The notes under the pieces: generated by a model
Databases searched by the model: none
Told to the model about the DNA's origin: nothing
Seen by the model: the letters and a program-made list of their open reading frames with translations, nothing else
From: Corynebacterium sp.
Lineage (GTDB): Bacteria; Actinomycetota; Actinomycetes; Mycobacteriales; Mycobacteriaceae
Length of the DNA: 64,000 nucleotides
Assembly: GCF_030535495.1 (NCBI RefSeq)
Contig: NZ_JAUNRW010000002.1
Coordinates: 3,654-67,653, forward strand
Reading direction: 5' to 3'
Part shown: positions 1 through 9,556 of the stretch, in pieces
Numbering within the stretch: the stretch's first letter is position 1
How the letters are laid out: each line of letters opens with the position of its first letter
Made by a program: the position numbers and the translations under genes

Positions 1-1
1 G

Positions 2-148
2 CGCGTGCTGTCCAACGACGGTGAGTTCGTCATCAACGGCAACGAGGCCGGTGACATCACCATGGCCATGCGCGAGCGACTCACCCACATCCAGCGCGGT
101 GAGTATGAGGACACCCACGGCTGGGTGCACACGCTCGTCGACGCTTAG
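2..148 (+). CDS. ilvE: Branched-chain amino acid aminotransferase, 3' end (partial)
   Basis: Frame from nt 2 reads RVLSNDGEFVINGNEAGDITMAMRERLTHIQRGEYEDTHGWVHTLVDA*, matching the actinobacterial IlvE C-terminus; ilvE is the usual neighbour of cobT. Confidence 0.85.
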   Translation, partial: RVLSNDGEFVINGNEAGDITMAMRERLTHIQRGEYEDTHGWVHTLVDA

Positions 149-1125
149 TCGGCGAGCAGTGCAGCGGCCGCCTGCACCAGCGGGAGGGCCGCCAGCGCAC
201 CGGTGCCCTGGCCGGCGTTCATGTCCAGGGCGACCAGGGGGGTCAGATCCAGGGCCTGCAGCGCGATGAGATGCGCGGGCTCCGGGGTCAGCTGTCCGGC
301 CTGGCACCAGGCCCGCGTGCCGGGGGAGAAGCGCTCCGCCAGGTAGGCGGCGACGGCGACGGGGGCGCCGTCGAGAAGCATCGGGGTGCGGCGTGCCGCG
401 GCCTGGGCGATGAAAGCGGTGAGCGCGACCAGATCGGGGGAGCCGATCCGGCGCAGGACCTCCTCCGGCTCATCGCTGAGGCCGCGGGAGCGGAACATCG
501 CGTCCCGGATCGCCTCGACCTTGATCTTCCACAGTTCATCGGTGTAGCCGGCACCCGGACCGACCACCGCGACCGGCTCCGTGCCGGTGAAGGCGCCGAG
601 AACAGCCGCAGCAACGGTGGTGTTCCCCGCCCCGAGGTCACCGGGGATGAGCAGGTCAGCGCCGGAATCGATCTCCTGATCGGCCACCCGACGGCCGATC
701 TCCACGGCGCGGGCGAACTGCTCGGCGTCCATGGCATCCTCGGTGTCGATCACACCGGTGGAGCGTGAGACCCGCTCGTCGCCCCACGCCTCATGATCGA
801 GGGAGATGTCGACGATCCGGACCGAGGCCCCCGCCGCCCGGGCCAGCACGTTGACCGTGCCCGCGCCGGAGGAGATCTCCGCCGCGCGATCCACGGAATG
901 TCCCTCCGGCAGCAGGGAGACACCCCGGGAGGCGATACCGTGGTCGCCGGCGAACACCACCACCCGACAGCGCTCCAGCAACTGCGGGGGACAGGTGCCC
1001 TGACAGGCGGCGATCCAGGACCCCAGGTCGCGCAGGCGCCCCGTTCCCGCCTCCGCGGAGGCGGTCAGAGCGGCCTGCGCGGCGTCCTGGTCGGGGGCGG
1101 TGATCGGGGCGGCGTCGGCAAGCAT
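145..1125 (-). CDS. cobT: Nicotinate-nucleotide--dimethylbenzimidazole phosphoribosyltransferase family protein (CobT, atypical active site)
   Basis: VVVFAGDHGI, GDLGAGNTT and C-terminal GQGTGA motifs of the CobT fold; 326 aa. Confidence 0.85.
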   Translation of the reverse strand: MLADAAPITAPDQDAAQAALTASAEAGTGRLRDLGSWIAACQGTCPPQLLERCRVVVFAGDHGIASRGVSLLPEGHSVDRAAEISSGAGTVNVLARAAGASVRIVDISLDHEAWGDERVSRSTGVIDTEDAMDAEQFARAVEIGRRVADQEIDSGADLLIPGDLGAGNTTVAAAVLGAFTGTEPVAVVGPGAGYTDELWKIKVEAIRDAMFRSRGLSDEPEEVLRRIGSPDLVALTAFIAQAAARRTPMLLDGAPVAVAAYLAERFSPGTRAWCQAGQLTPEPAHLIALQALDLTPLVALDMNAGQGTGALAALPLVQAAAALLAD

Positions 1126-1127
1126 GC

Positions 1128-1832
1128 CTACACCTTATCGCCGACAGCGACGCGCGGCTTCGGCGAACGCCACTTCCGCGGCTGCGTCATGCGGGAGTAG
1201 GTGTAGAAGCCCAGGCCGAAGCCGGCGGCGGTGGTCTCGGGGAACTTCTCGCGCACGGCCTTGTTGGCGGCCATGCCGGCCCACACGCCCTCGATGAAGA
1301 AGATGACCATGAGGACCATGGCGATCAGCGACATGATGTTGGCGAACGTCGGCGCGAACGTGCCGATGAACATGATCACCAGCAGGCTCAGCGCGACCGG
1401 CAGCACCCAGTTGTTGATGAAGCGGCGCGAATCCACCCAGTCGCGGACGAATCGGCGCTCGACGCCCCGGTCACGGGGCAGCAGGTAGCGCTCGTCGCCC
1501 GAGTCCATCGCCGCCTGCACCTCGCGCTGGCTCTTGCGCTGCTGCTCGCGCTCCTTCTGCTTGTAGGCCTTCCACTCCTCCTTGGACATGGACTTCTTCA
1601 GTTCCTTGCGCTGCGCGCTGGCCTGGGCCTGGGAGCGGGGGGCGCTGGGATCGCGGACGATGCCGCGCTCGATCTCGACCTCCCGCCGCTTCGGGGTGGG
1701 GCGTCCCTTCGGCGGGGTGTAGCCCTTGGGGCGCGCAGGCTCCTGCTTCTCGACGCGAGCGGTGGTCTCCTCCGGGGTGGAGGCGGGCTCGACCGGGGAG
1801 GATTCATCAGATTTCTGCCAGGGGAGTTTCAC
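1128..1832 (-). CDS. DUF3043 family membrane protein
   Basis: KGYTPPKGRPTPKR and YLLPRDRG..RRFVRDWVDSR motifs, two TM helices; start moved to GTG 1832 (VKLPWQK), which has a -10-like TAGCCT 7 nt upstream. Confidence 0.85.
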   Translation of the reverse strand: MKLPWQKSDESSPVEPASTPEETTARVEKQEPARPKGYTPPKGRPTPKRREVEIERGIVRDPSAPRSQAQASAQRKELKKSMSKEEWKAYKQKEREQQRKSQREVQAAMDSGDERYLLPRDRGVERRFVRDWVDSRRFINNWVLPVALSLLVIMFIGTFAPTFANIMSLIAMVLMVIFFIEGVWAGMAANKAVREKFPETTAAGFGLGFYTYSRMTQPRKWRSPKPRVAVGDKV

Positions 1833-1975
1833 GTGTCCCAGGCTACAAGGCGGGTGGAAGGAAACGGGAATACGGGTCGGCAACGCCGGGTTGGGAATGG
1901 TGAAGCGCACACCGTCCCCGTCGACGAGTATGGTGGGCGCGTAACAAAGCTCTCACAGCTAAGGAGACCAACCCC

Positions 1976-2320
1976 ATGACCGCTCCCGCTTCCAGCACCG
2001 GCGTCATCCTCACCGACGCCGCTGCCACCAAGGCCAAGGCCCTCCTCGACCAGGAAGGCCGCGACGATCTGGCACTGCGTATCGCCGTCCAGCCCGGTGG
2101 CTGCGCCGGTCTGCGTTACCAGCTCTACTTCGATGACCGCGACCTCGACGGCGACAAGGTCGACGAGATCGGCGGCGTGCGCCTCGTGGTGGACAAGATG
2201 AGCGTCCCGTACCTCACCGGCGCGAAGATCGACTTCGCCGACACCATCGAGTCCCAGGGCTTCACCATCGACAACCCCAATGCCGGGGGAGCCTGCGCCT
2301 GCGGAGACTCCTTCAACTAG
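1976..2320 (+). CDS. HesB/IscA/ErpA family A-type Fe-S carrier protein
   Basis: GGCAGLRY and NPNAGGACACGDSF motifs with three conserved Cys; SD AAGGAG. Confidence 0.92.
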   Translation: MTAPASSTGVILTDAAATKAKALLDQEGRDDLALRIAVQPGGCAGLRYQLYFDDRDLDGDKVDEIGGVRLVVDKMSVPYLTGAKIDFADTIESQGFTIDNPNAGGACACGDSFN

Positions 2321-2339
2321 GGTTTCGTCACCCGCCGAA

Positions 2340-2379
2340 AAGGCGCCCGGCCTCCCCACTGGGGGAGACCGGGCGCCTT
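2340..2379. terminator. Bidirectional intrinsic terminator between the convergent HesB gene and ltsA
   Basis: AAGGCGCCCGG / CCGGGCGCCTT arms with inner CTCCCC / GGGGAG stem. Confidence 0.75.
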
Positions 2380-2396
2380 CGCGCGTTTCCGGGGTC

Positions 2397-4319
2397 CTAG
2401 ATGTCGACCGGGTAGTCCTTCTCCTCGATCCGCGGATCGATGCGCTCTTCCACGAAGATGCCGTGCCAGACCATGAATGCCAGGACGGTCCACAGGCGAC
2501 GGGAATGATCGGAGATGCCGTCGCGGTGCTCCTTGAGCATCTCCAGCACCGCCTTGCGGTCGAAGATGTCGTCGGTCTGGGACTGCGTGATGGTGTCCTG
2601 GGCCCAGCCGAAGAGTTCGTCGCCGGCCAGCCAGTGACGCATGGGCACCGGGAATCCCAGCTTCTTCCGGTGCAGGACATGCGGCGGGACAATCTGCTCC
2701 ATCGCCTTGCGCAGGGCGTACTTCGTGGTGCCCCCGGCGATCTTCAGATCATGCGGAATGGTCTGCGCGACCTTGAACACCTCCTTGTCCAGGAAGGGGA
2801 CGCGCAGTTCGAGGGAGTTGGCCATGTTGATCTTGTCGGCCTTGACCAGGATGTCACCGCGCATCCAGGTGAACAGATCCAGGTGCTGCATGCGGGCCAC
2901 GGGGTCCATGTGCCGTGATTCGGCGTAGATCGGGGCGGTGACCTCCTTGTGGTCCCACTCCTCCTTGGCCCACGGCAGCACCCGCTGCATCTGCTCGAAA
3001 TTGAAGGAGCGGGCGTTTCCGTAGTAGCGCTCCTCCATCGTCATGGATCCGCGGTCCAGGAGGGACTTGCCCTTCATCCCGTCGGGCAGGATGCGGGAGA
3101 GGCGGCCGAGCCCGCGGCGCAGGGGAGTGGGTACCTTCTCGAAGGCGGCGAGGGACAGCGGCTCCTTATAGATGGTGTACCCGCCGAAGAGCTCATCGGC
3201 ACCCTCGCCGGAGAGCACGACCTTGACGTGCTTGCGGGCTTCCTGGGCGACGAAGAACAGCGGCACGAGGGAGGGGTCGGCGACCGGGTCGTCGAGGTAC
3301 CACATGATCTTCGGGATCGCGTCGGCGTACTCCTCCGGGGAGACCACCTTGACGATGTGCTCCACCCCGATCGCGGCCGCCGACTCCGCGGCGACATCGA
3401 CCTCGGAGTACCCCTCCCGCTCAAAGCCGGTGGTGAAGGTCAACAGGTTCGGGTTGTGGCGCTTGGCCAGGGTGGCGATGGCGGTCGAGTCGATGCCGCC
3501 GGACAGGAAGGATCCGACGGTGACGTCGGCACGCATGTGCTTTTCGACGCTGTCCTCCAGCGCCCGGGCGATCCGGTCGAAGAGATCCTGCTCGGAGCCC
3601 TTCGGGACCGGGGTGACCTCGAAGCGCGGCCGGAAATAGCGCTTGGCCTCGACGGTGCCCCCGGGGCGCAGGGTGGCGGTGCATCCGGACTCCAGGCGGC
3701 GGATCTCGGTGTGCAGGGACTCCGGTTCCGGCACGTACTGCAGGTCGACGTAGTGCTCGATGGCGCGCCGGTCAAGGTCCAGGCCGAGACCGAGCTCGGG
3801 GGCCATCTCCAGGATGGACTTCTTCTCGGAGGAGAAGACCGTCCCGGCCGCGGTGGTGGCGTAGAACAGGGGCTTGATACCGAACTGGTCCCGGGCCACG
3901 AACAGCACCTTCTCCTGGGTGTCCCACACCGCGAAGGCGAACATGCCGCGCAGATGCTCGACGACGTCCTCGCCCCAGTGATGGAATCCGACCACGATGG
4001 TCTCGGAGTCGCCTTCCGTGTGGAACTGGTGGCCGGCGGCGCTCAGTTCCTCCCGCAGCTCAATGTAGTTGTAGATCTCGCCGTTGAAGATGAGGGCGTA
4101 GCGCTCGGGGTTGTCCTGCGGACCCCAGACCAGTGGCTGATGGGAGTGCTCGAGGTCGACGATGGACAGGCGGTTGAAACCGAAGACGACGTCGTCGTCG
4201 TGCCAGGTGCCGGCGTCGTCGGGTCCGCGATGGCGCATGCACGGCAGCGCCCGGGTGACGGAGTCGACGAAACCAGCGGCCTCACCGCGGGCGGTGAGCA
4301 GGCCTAGAAAACCGCACAT
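2397..4319 (-). CDS. ltsA: Glutamine-dependent amidotransferase, AsnB family (LtsA, envelope amidation)
   Basis: N-terminal MCG Ntn motif, HRGPD, FNGEIYNY, LSGGIDS, SGEGADELFGGY; 640 aa; usual position next to ctaC. Confidence 0.93.
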   Translation of the reverse strand: MCGFLGLLTARGEAAGFVDSVTRALPCMRHRGPDDAGTWHDDDVVFGFNRLSIVDLEHSHQPLVWGPQDNPERYALIFNGEIYNYIELREELSAAGHQFHTEGDSETIVVGFHHWGEDVVEHLRGMFAFAVWDTQEKVLFVARDQFGIKPLFYATTAAGTVFSSEKKSILEMAPELGLGLDLDRRAIEHYVDLQYVPEPESLHTEIRRLESGCTATLRPGGTVEAKRYFRPRFEVTPVPKGSEQDLFDRIARALEDSVEKHMRADVTVGSFLSGGIDSTAIATLAKRHNPNLLTFTTGFEREGYSEVDVAAESAAAIGVEHIVKVVSPEEYADAIPKIMWYLDDPVADPSLVPLFFVAQEARKHVKVVLSGEGADELFGGYTIYKEPLSLAAFEKVPTPLRRGLGRLSRILPDGMKGKSLLDRGSMTMEERYYGNARSFNFEQMQRVLPWAKEEWDHKEVTAPIYAESRHMDPVARMQHLDLFTWMRGDILVKADKINMANSLELRVPFLDKEVFKVAQTIPHDLKIAGGTTKYALRKAMEQIVPPHVLHRKKLGFPVPMRHWLAGDELFGWAQDTITQSQTDDIFDRKAVLEMLKEHRDGISDHSRRLWTVLAFMVWHGIFVEERIDPRIEEKDYPVDI

Positions 4320-4509
4320 GTGGAAATGTTCTCCTCTATATAACGGGGTTAGTCGGTCCTACGATACGGCCCGGGGGCGTGTGGAGGCGACACCGGCGCG
4401 ACCTAAGTGACGTGCCCAACTTCCGCCCCCGCGGAGGGTGGTGGGGGCAGGGGGTGAAAAGGGTCCGCATACGGGTGGATACTTTCGGATGATGCCGGGA
4501 CCTGGGCAT

Positions 4510-4525
4510 TGTGAAATGGGTTACA
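4510..4525. promoter_or_regulatory. Candidate GlxR (CRP-family) site upstream of ctaC
   Basis: TGTGA-AATGGG-TTACA, one mismatch to TGTGA-N6-TCACA. Confidence 0.55.
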
Positions 4526-4733
4526 CCGATTGTCAGGTGCTCGGGGCATCATTCGCGGGTAACCCCTAATGGGCTGTAACATCCGGGGTACTTCGAGGAG
4601 CACCGGCGGTATTCCGATGGCGTCACCGGGATGGAAACAGCACGGATAACCACCGTGAATGAACTATCCTGCAGTATCAGGAATGCTTAAACCAGTGTTC
4701 AAGGATTTAGTGTGGACAGGAAGGCAGACACAC

Positions 4734-5828
4734 GTGGAACAGCGTAAGAAGCGTGGCTTCGCCCGTAAGGCGGGTCTCGGCGGTGTGATGGCCCTCGGCG
4801 GCCTCGCCCTCGCCGGTTGTGACGTCGCTCCCCCGGAGAGCGTCGGCAGGATCATCGGCATGGGTTGGCCGACGGGTATCACCCCGGAAGCGACCGCCAT
4901 GTACAACTTCTGGGTCTGGGTCTGGGTCACTGCCTGGATCATCGGCATCATCATGTGGTCGCTCATGCTCATGGCCGTCTTCAGCTGGAACGCCAAGAAG
5001 GCCGAGAAGGCCGGCAAGGGCGAGTTCCCGAAGCAGCTGCAGTACAACGTGCCGCTCGAGCTCGTGCTCACCATCCTGCCGATCTTCATCGTCATGGGTC
5101 TGTTCTTCTTCACGGTCCAGACCCAGCAGAAGGTCACCGCACTGGACAAGAACCCGGAGGTCACCGTCGACGTGACCGCCTTCCAGTGGAACTGGAAGTT
5201 CGGCTACCAGAACGTCGGCGCCAACCTGAGCCCCACCGGCTCGGACTACGACGGCATCGACACCGAGCGCCAGGCGCTCGCCGACGAGACCCGCCACGAC
5301 GATCCGGACACGGTCAAGAACCCGAACCCGATCCACGGCCTGTCCAAGGGCGACCAGTCCTACCTGAACTTCAACGAGATCGAGACCGTCGGTTCCACCG
5401 AGGAGATCCCGGTCCTGGTTCTTCCGACCAACACCCCGATCGAGTTCCAGCTCGCCTCCGGCGACGTGGCCCACTCCTTCTGGATCCCGGAGTTCCTCTT
5501 CAAGCGTGACGCCTACGCTCACCCGGAGGCCAACCAGCAGCAGCGTGCCTTCCAGATCGAGGCCATCGAGGAGGAGGGTGCCTTCGTCGGACGCTGTGCC
5601 GAGATGTGCGGTACCTACCACGCGATGATGAACTTCGAGCTCCGTGCCGTCTCCCCGGAGGCGTTCACCGAGTACCTGCAGTTCCGTCTGGACAACCCGG
5701 GTGCCCCGAACTCCGAGGCGCTGGCTTTCATTGGTGAGGCTCCGTACGCCACCACCACCTTCCCGTTCAACTCGTCCCGTCAGACCTGGGACGGCGAGAA
5801 CTACGTCGACCCCAACGCCAACATCTAA
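4734..5828 (+). CDS. ctaC: Cytochrome aa3 oxidase subunit II (lipoprotein)
   Basis: Lipobox LAGC, CuA ligands HSFW...CAEMCGTYHAMM; GTG 4734 after SD AGGAAGG. Confidence 0.95.
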   Translation: MEQRKKRGFARKAGLGGVMALGGLALAGCDVAPPESVGRIIGMGWPTGITPEATAMYNFWVWVWVTAWIIGIIMWSLMLMAVFSWNAKKAEKAGKGEFPKQLQYNVPLELVLTILPIFIVMGLFFFTVQTQQKVTALDKNPEVTVDVTAFQWNWKFGYQNVGANLSPTGSDYDGIDTERQALADETRHDDPDTVKNPNPIHGLSKGDQSYLNFNEIETVGSTEEIPVLVLPTNTPIEFQLASGDVAHSFWIPEFLFKRDAYAHPEANQQQRAFQIEAIEEEGAFVGRCAEMCGTYHAMMNFELRAVSPEAFTEYLQFRLDNPGAPNSEALAFIGEAPYATTTFPFNSSRQTWDGENYVDPNANI

Positions 5829-5843
5829 CGGAGGACTTTCACC

Positions 5844-6275
5844 ATGAACTCTGGTTCTAAACTGATGTACGGCATCGCCGCGTTCCTCGCTCTGATGTCT
5901 GTCATCTACATCTTCGCCACGGGCTACGTTGGCGATGACGGTTACCTCGGCGGCACCGAGTGGGTTGGCGTTGTTGCCCTGGTCCTCTCCACCGCACTGG
6001 CCGTCATGCTCGGTGTCTACCTGCACTTCACCTCCAGCCGTTCCGACATCCTCCCCGAGGACTGGGAAGAGGCAGAGGTGGAGGACAAGGCCGGTATCCT
6101 CGGCTTCTTCTCCCCGAACTCCATCTACCCGGTGTGGATGGCCGGCGCTGTCGGTGTCACCGGTCTGGGTATCGCCTTCTGGCACTTCTGGCTCATCGCC
6201 ATGGGCGCTGTCCTGCTGATCTGGGCCTCCTACGGTCTGAGCATGCAGTACGGTCTGCCGAAGGAGAAGCACTAG
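5844..6275 (+). CDS. ctaF: Cytochrome aa3 oxidase subunit IV
   Basis: Hydrophobic 143 aa protein with [21 protein letters not shown] motif, directly after ctaC. Confidence 0.92.
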   Translation: MNSGSKLMYGIAAFLALMSVIYIFATGYVGDDGYLGGTEWVGVVALVLSTALAVMLGVYLHFTSSRSDILPEDWEEAEVEDKAGILGFFSPNSIYPVWMAGAVGVTGLGIAFWHFWLIAMGAVLLIWASYGLSMQYGLPKEKH

Positions 6276-6311
6276 CCTTCCCGGTGGTCTGATCCACCAC
6301 ACGTATCTCGA

Positions 6312-6346
6312 ACAAGGCACTCACCCGTGACGGGTGGGTGCCTTGT
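6312..6346 (+). terminator. Intrinsic terminator after ctaF
   Basis: ACAAGGCACTCACCCG-TGA-CGGGTGGGTGCCTTGT hairpin. Confidence 0.75.
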
Positions 6347-6439
6347 CGTGATTCCGGGGACGTCTGCCGGCGACGGCGCGGACGTGGACGGGTGGGGATA
6401 ATCGCCCTGCAGGGGGAGGAAAGCCCAGCGTGGAGGGGG

Positions 6440-6454
6440 TCAACCGAAAGTTGG
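6440..6454. promoter_or_regulatory. Palindromic operator upstream of ctaE-qcrCAB, candidate HrrA-type site
   Basis: CAAC-CGAAA-GTTG palindrome; ctaE-qcrCAB is a known HrrA target in C. glutamicum; assignment to HrrA is inference. Confidence 0.4.
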
Positions 6455-6765
6455 TACGCCCCTGAACAGCCGGATGTACCGTGTGATTTACATCTCCCAG
6501 GGCTGTCGTGTCGAACTCCGGACGGGGCGTCGGGAATGGGGTAGTGTAGCGCCCAACGAGTGCCGAGGGGGATGATCGGCCACACGGGGGAAGATGACCT
6601 GCACAAACACTGCGTCGGATGGCGTCGGAAAAAGTTCCCGCGGGTGTAGAGAAAGTTTTCGGGGGCATCTCAACAAAGAAAACCGCAGGTGATATTCCCA
6701 AATGCGCCGTGCAGGCGGGGGGAGATGAGGTGACTTTGTGCGCGAGAGCGGTCATACTAGTCAGC

Positions 6766-7380
6766 GTGACGAGCGCAGTTTCAAACTCAGGTATGGCAGC
6801 ACCACAGCGTGTTCCCGCACTGAACCGACCCAACATGGTCAGTGTGGGCACGATTGTGTTCCTGTCTCAGGAATTGATGTTCTTCGCCGGACTCTTCGCG
6901 ATGTATTTCACCTCGCGTGCGAACGGCCTGGCAGGCGACTGGAATGAGCAGACAGCAAACCTCAACGTGCTGTACGGCTTCATCATCACGGCCATTCTGG
7001 TCGCCTCCTCGGTTACCTCGCAGTTCGGCGTCTTTGCAGCAGAAAGGGGTGACGTTTACGGACTCCGTCGTTGGTTCCTCATTACCGTCGGTCTGGCAGT
7101 GGCCTTCCTGGCTTTCCTGGCATACGAGTGGTACGAGCTGATCCTTCACGGTGTGACCGTTCAGTCGAGTGTCTTCGGCTCGGTCTTCTACATCATCACG
7201 GGCTTCCACGCCGCACACGTGACTGCAGGTGTTATCGCCTTCATTGTCATTCTGCGACGTATCTCCGTGTCCAAGTTCACGCCGGCACAGGCCACCGCCG
7301 CCATGGCAGTGTCCTACTACTGGCACTTCGTTGACGTCATTTGGGTCGGCGTCTTCATCACTCTCTACCTTGTCCAGTAG
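6766..7380 (+). CDS. ctaE: Cytochrome aa3 oxidase subunit III
   Basis: VTSAVSNSGMAAPQRV..LNRPNMVSVGTIVFLSQELMFF, TGFHAAHV, YYWHFVD; start moved to GTG 6766 (-10 CATACT 7 nt upstream). Confidence 0.95.
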   Translation: MTSAVSNSGMAAPQRVPALNRPNMVSVGTIVFLSQELMFFAGLFAMYFTSRANGLAGDWNEQTANLNVLYGFIITAILVASSVTSQFGVFAAERGDVYGLRRWFLITVGLAVAFLAFLAYEWYELILHGVTVQSSVFGSVFYIITGFHAAHVTAGVIAFIVILRRISVSKFTPAQATAAMAVSYYWHFVDVIWVGVFITLYLVQ

Positions 7381-7445
7381 GCCGTAGCCTGCCGAGCAAT
7401 CGGCCTGCAGCCATTCACTTTCCACACCGATATTTCTAAAGGAAA

Positions 7446-8339
7446 ATGATGGATACCAATCCGAACATTGCCGCCAACGGCGACGAGCAGTCGCCCGCGT
7501 CGGCCAAGAAGGCCCGCAGCCGCCGCAAGATGCGCCGGACTGCTGTCGGTGCCTTCGCGCTTACCCTGGGTCTGACCGGCGCCGGCGTTCTCGCCACCGC
7601 CCTGACCCCGGACGCGCAGGTCGCCACCGCACAGCGGGACGACCAGGCACTCATCCAGGAGGGCAAGGACCTCTACGACGTCGCCTGCATCACCTGCCAC
7701 GGTGCCAACCTGCAGGGTGTGCCGGACCGCGGTCCGTCCCTGATCGGTATCGGCGAAGGCGCCGTGTACTTCCAGGTCCACTCCGGCCGTATGCCGATGA
7801 TGTCCAATGACGCTCAGGCTGAGCGTAAGGCTCCGCGTTACACCGAGGCCCAGTCCCTCGCCATGGCCGCCTACGTGGCAGCCAACGGCGGTGGCCCGGA
7901 GCTCGTGTACAACGAGGACGGCACCCTTGCCATGGAGTCCCTCCGCGGCAAGAACTACAACGGCATCATTGACGCGCAGGACATCGCCCGTGGTGGCGAG
8001 CTCTTCCGCCTCAACTGCGCCTCCTGCCACAGCTTCACCGGCCGTGGCGGCGCACTGTCGTCCGGTAAGTACGCACCGCCGCTGGATCCTGCCAACGAGC
8101 AGGAGATCTACCAGGCCATGCTCACCGGCCCGCAGAACATGCCGAAGTTCTCCGATCGCCAGCTCTCCGCTGACGAGAAGAAGGACATCATCGCCTTCAT
8201 CAAGGCCACCAAGGAGACTCCGTCTCCGGGTGGTTGGGGTCTCGGCGGCCTCGGCCCGGTCTCTGAGGGCATGGCCATGTGGTTCATCGGCATCACCATC
8301 CTCGGTCTTGCCGCTATGTGGATTGGATCGCGTTCATGA
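7446..8339 (+). CDS. qcrC: Di-heme cytochrome c1 of the bc1 complex
   Basis: Two CxxCH motifs (CITCH, CASCH). Confidence 0.95.
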   Translation: MMDTNPNIAANGDEQSPASAKKARSRRKMRRTAVGAFALTLGLTGAGVLATALTPDAQVATAQRDDQALIQEGKDLYDVACITCHGANLQGVPDRGPSLIGIGEGAVYFQVHSGRMPMMSNDAQAERKAPRYTEAQSLAMAAYVAANGGGPELVYNEDGTLAMESLRGKNYNGIIDAQDIARGGELFRLNCASCHSFTGRGGALSSGKYAPPLDPANEQEIYQAMLTGPQNMPKFSDRQLSADEKKDIIAFIKATKETPSPGGWGLGGLGPVSEGMAMWFIGITILGLAAMWIGSRS

Positions 8340-9556
8340 GCAACGAAGTGAAGAAGAACTACACCAAGCAGGAACTCAACGCGATGAGCAACGACGAGCT
8401 CGCGCGTCTGGGTACCGAGCTGGACGAGGTGACCGTCGCCTTCCGCAAGGAGCGCTTCCCGGTCGCCAACGATCCGGCAGAGAAGCGCGCCGCACGCGCT
8501 GTCATGATCTGGCTCATCGTCGGCATCATCGCCGCGATCGCCTTCCTCGGCGTCTACATCTTCTGGCCGTGGGAGTTCAAGAACCTGGGCGAGGAGGGCC
8601 ACCTGTGGCACACCTTCTACACCCCGGCTCTCGGCCTGACCTCCGGCATCTCGATCCTGGCCCTGGGTATCGCGGTGGTCCTCTACGTGAAGACCATCAT
8701 CCCCGAGGAGATCTCGGTCCAGCGTCGCCACGACGGCCCCTCCTCCGAGGTTGACCGTCGCACGCTGACCGCGCTGCTCAACGACTCCTGGGAGACCTCC
8801 ACCCTCGGTCGCCGCAAGGCGCTGCAGGGTCTGCTCGGCGGCGCCGGCATCCTCTTCGGTCTGGTCGTCGTCGCTCCGCTGGGTGGCATGATCAAGAACC
8901 CGTGGAAGAAGGGCGAGCTGGGCATCATGGGTGACGGCACCCTGTGGACCTCCGGCTGGACCCTCCACGAGAACGGCGTCAAGCTGTACCTGGCCCGCGA
9001 CACCGGCGCCATCGCCGAGGAGCACACCGGTGACACCGGTACCCACTGGACCACCACCGGCGTCTCCCGCCTGGTGCGCGTCCGTCCCGAGGACCTCGAT
9101 GCCGGCGGCATGGAGACCGTGTACCCGCTGCCGCAGGACTACGTCAACGACGGCGAGGACTACAACCCGGAGCGCGACGTCTACATCGAGCAGATGCACT
9201 CCGTGCACGGCCCGCGTAACCCCGTCATGCTGATCCGCCTGCGTTCCTCCGATGCCGAGAAGGCCATCGAGCGCGAGGGCCAGGAGGACTTCCACTACGG
9301 CGACTACTACGCGTACTCGAAGATCTGCACCCACATCGCCTGCCCGACCTCTCTGTACGAGGCTCAGACCAACCGCATTCTGTGCCCGTGCCACCAGTCG
9401 CAGTTCGACGCACTGCAGTACGGCAAGCCGGTCTTCGGCCCGGCCGCCCGTGCTCTGCCGCAGCTGCCGATCACGGTTGACGAAGAGGGTTACCTCATCG
9501 CCAAGGGCAACTTCATCGAGCCCGTTGGCCCTGCATTCTGGGAGCGTAAGTCCTAA
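8336..9556 (+). CDS. qcrA: Rieske iron-sulfur protein of the bc1 complex
   Basis: CTHIAC and CPCH Rieske boxes, three TM helices, RRKAL twin-Arg-like segment; ATGA overlap with qcrC. Confidence 0.95.
   Translation: MSNEVKKNYTKQELNAMSNDELARLGTELDEVTVAFRKERFPVANDPAEKRAARAVMIWLIVGIIAAIAFLGVYIFWPWEFKNLGEEGHLWHTFYTPALGLTSGISILALGIAVVLYVKTIIPEEISVQRRHDGPSSEVDRRTLTALLNDSWETSTLGRRKALQGLLGGAGILFGLVVVAPLGGMIKNPWKKGELGIMGDGTLWTSGWTLHENGVKLYLARDTGAIAEEHTGDTGTHWTTTGVSRLVRVRPEDLDAGGMETVYPLPQDYVNDGEDYNPERDVYIEQMHSVHGPRNPVMLIRLRSSDAEKAIEREGQEDFHYGDYYAYSKICTHIACPTSLYEAQTNRILCPCHQSQFDALQYGKPVFGPAARALPQLPITVDEEGYLIAKGNFIEPVGPAFWERKS

Noticed and set aside
1825-1840. GTTTCACGTG, resembling half of parS (GTTTCACGTGAAAC)
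   Set aside because: The right arm is TCCC, so it is not palindromic; the sequence is explained by the DUF3043 start codon
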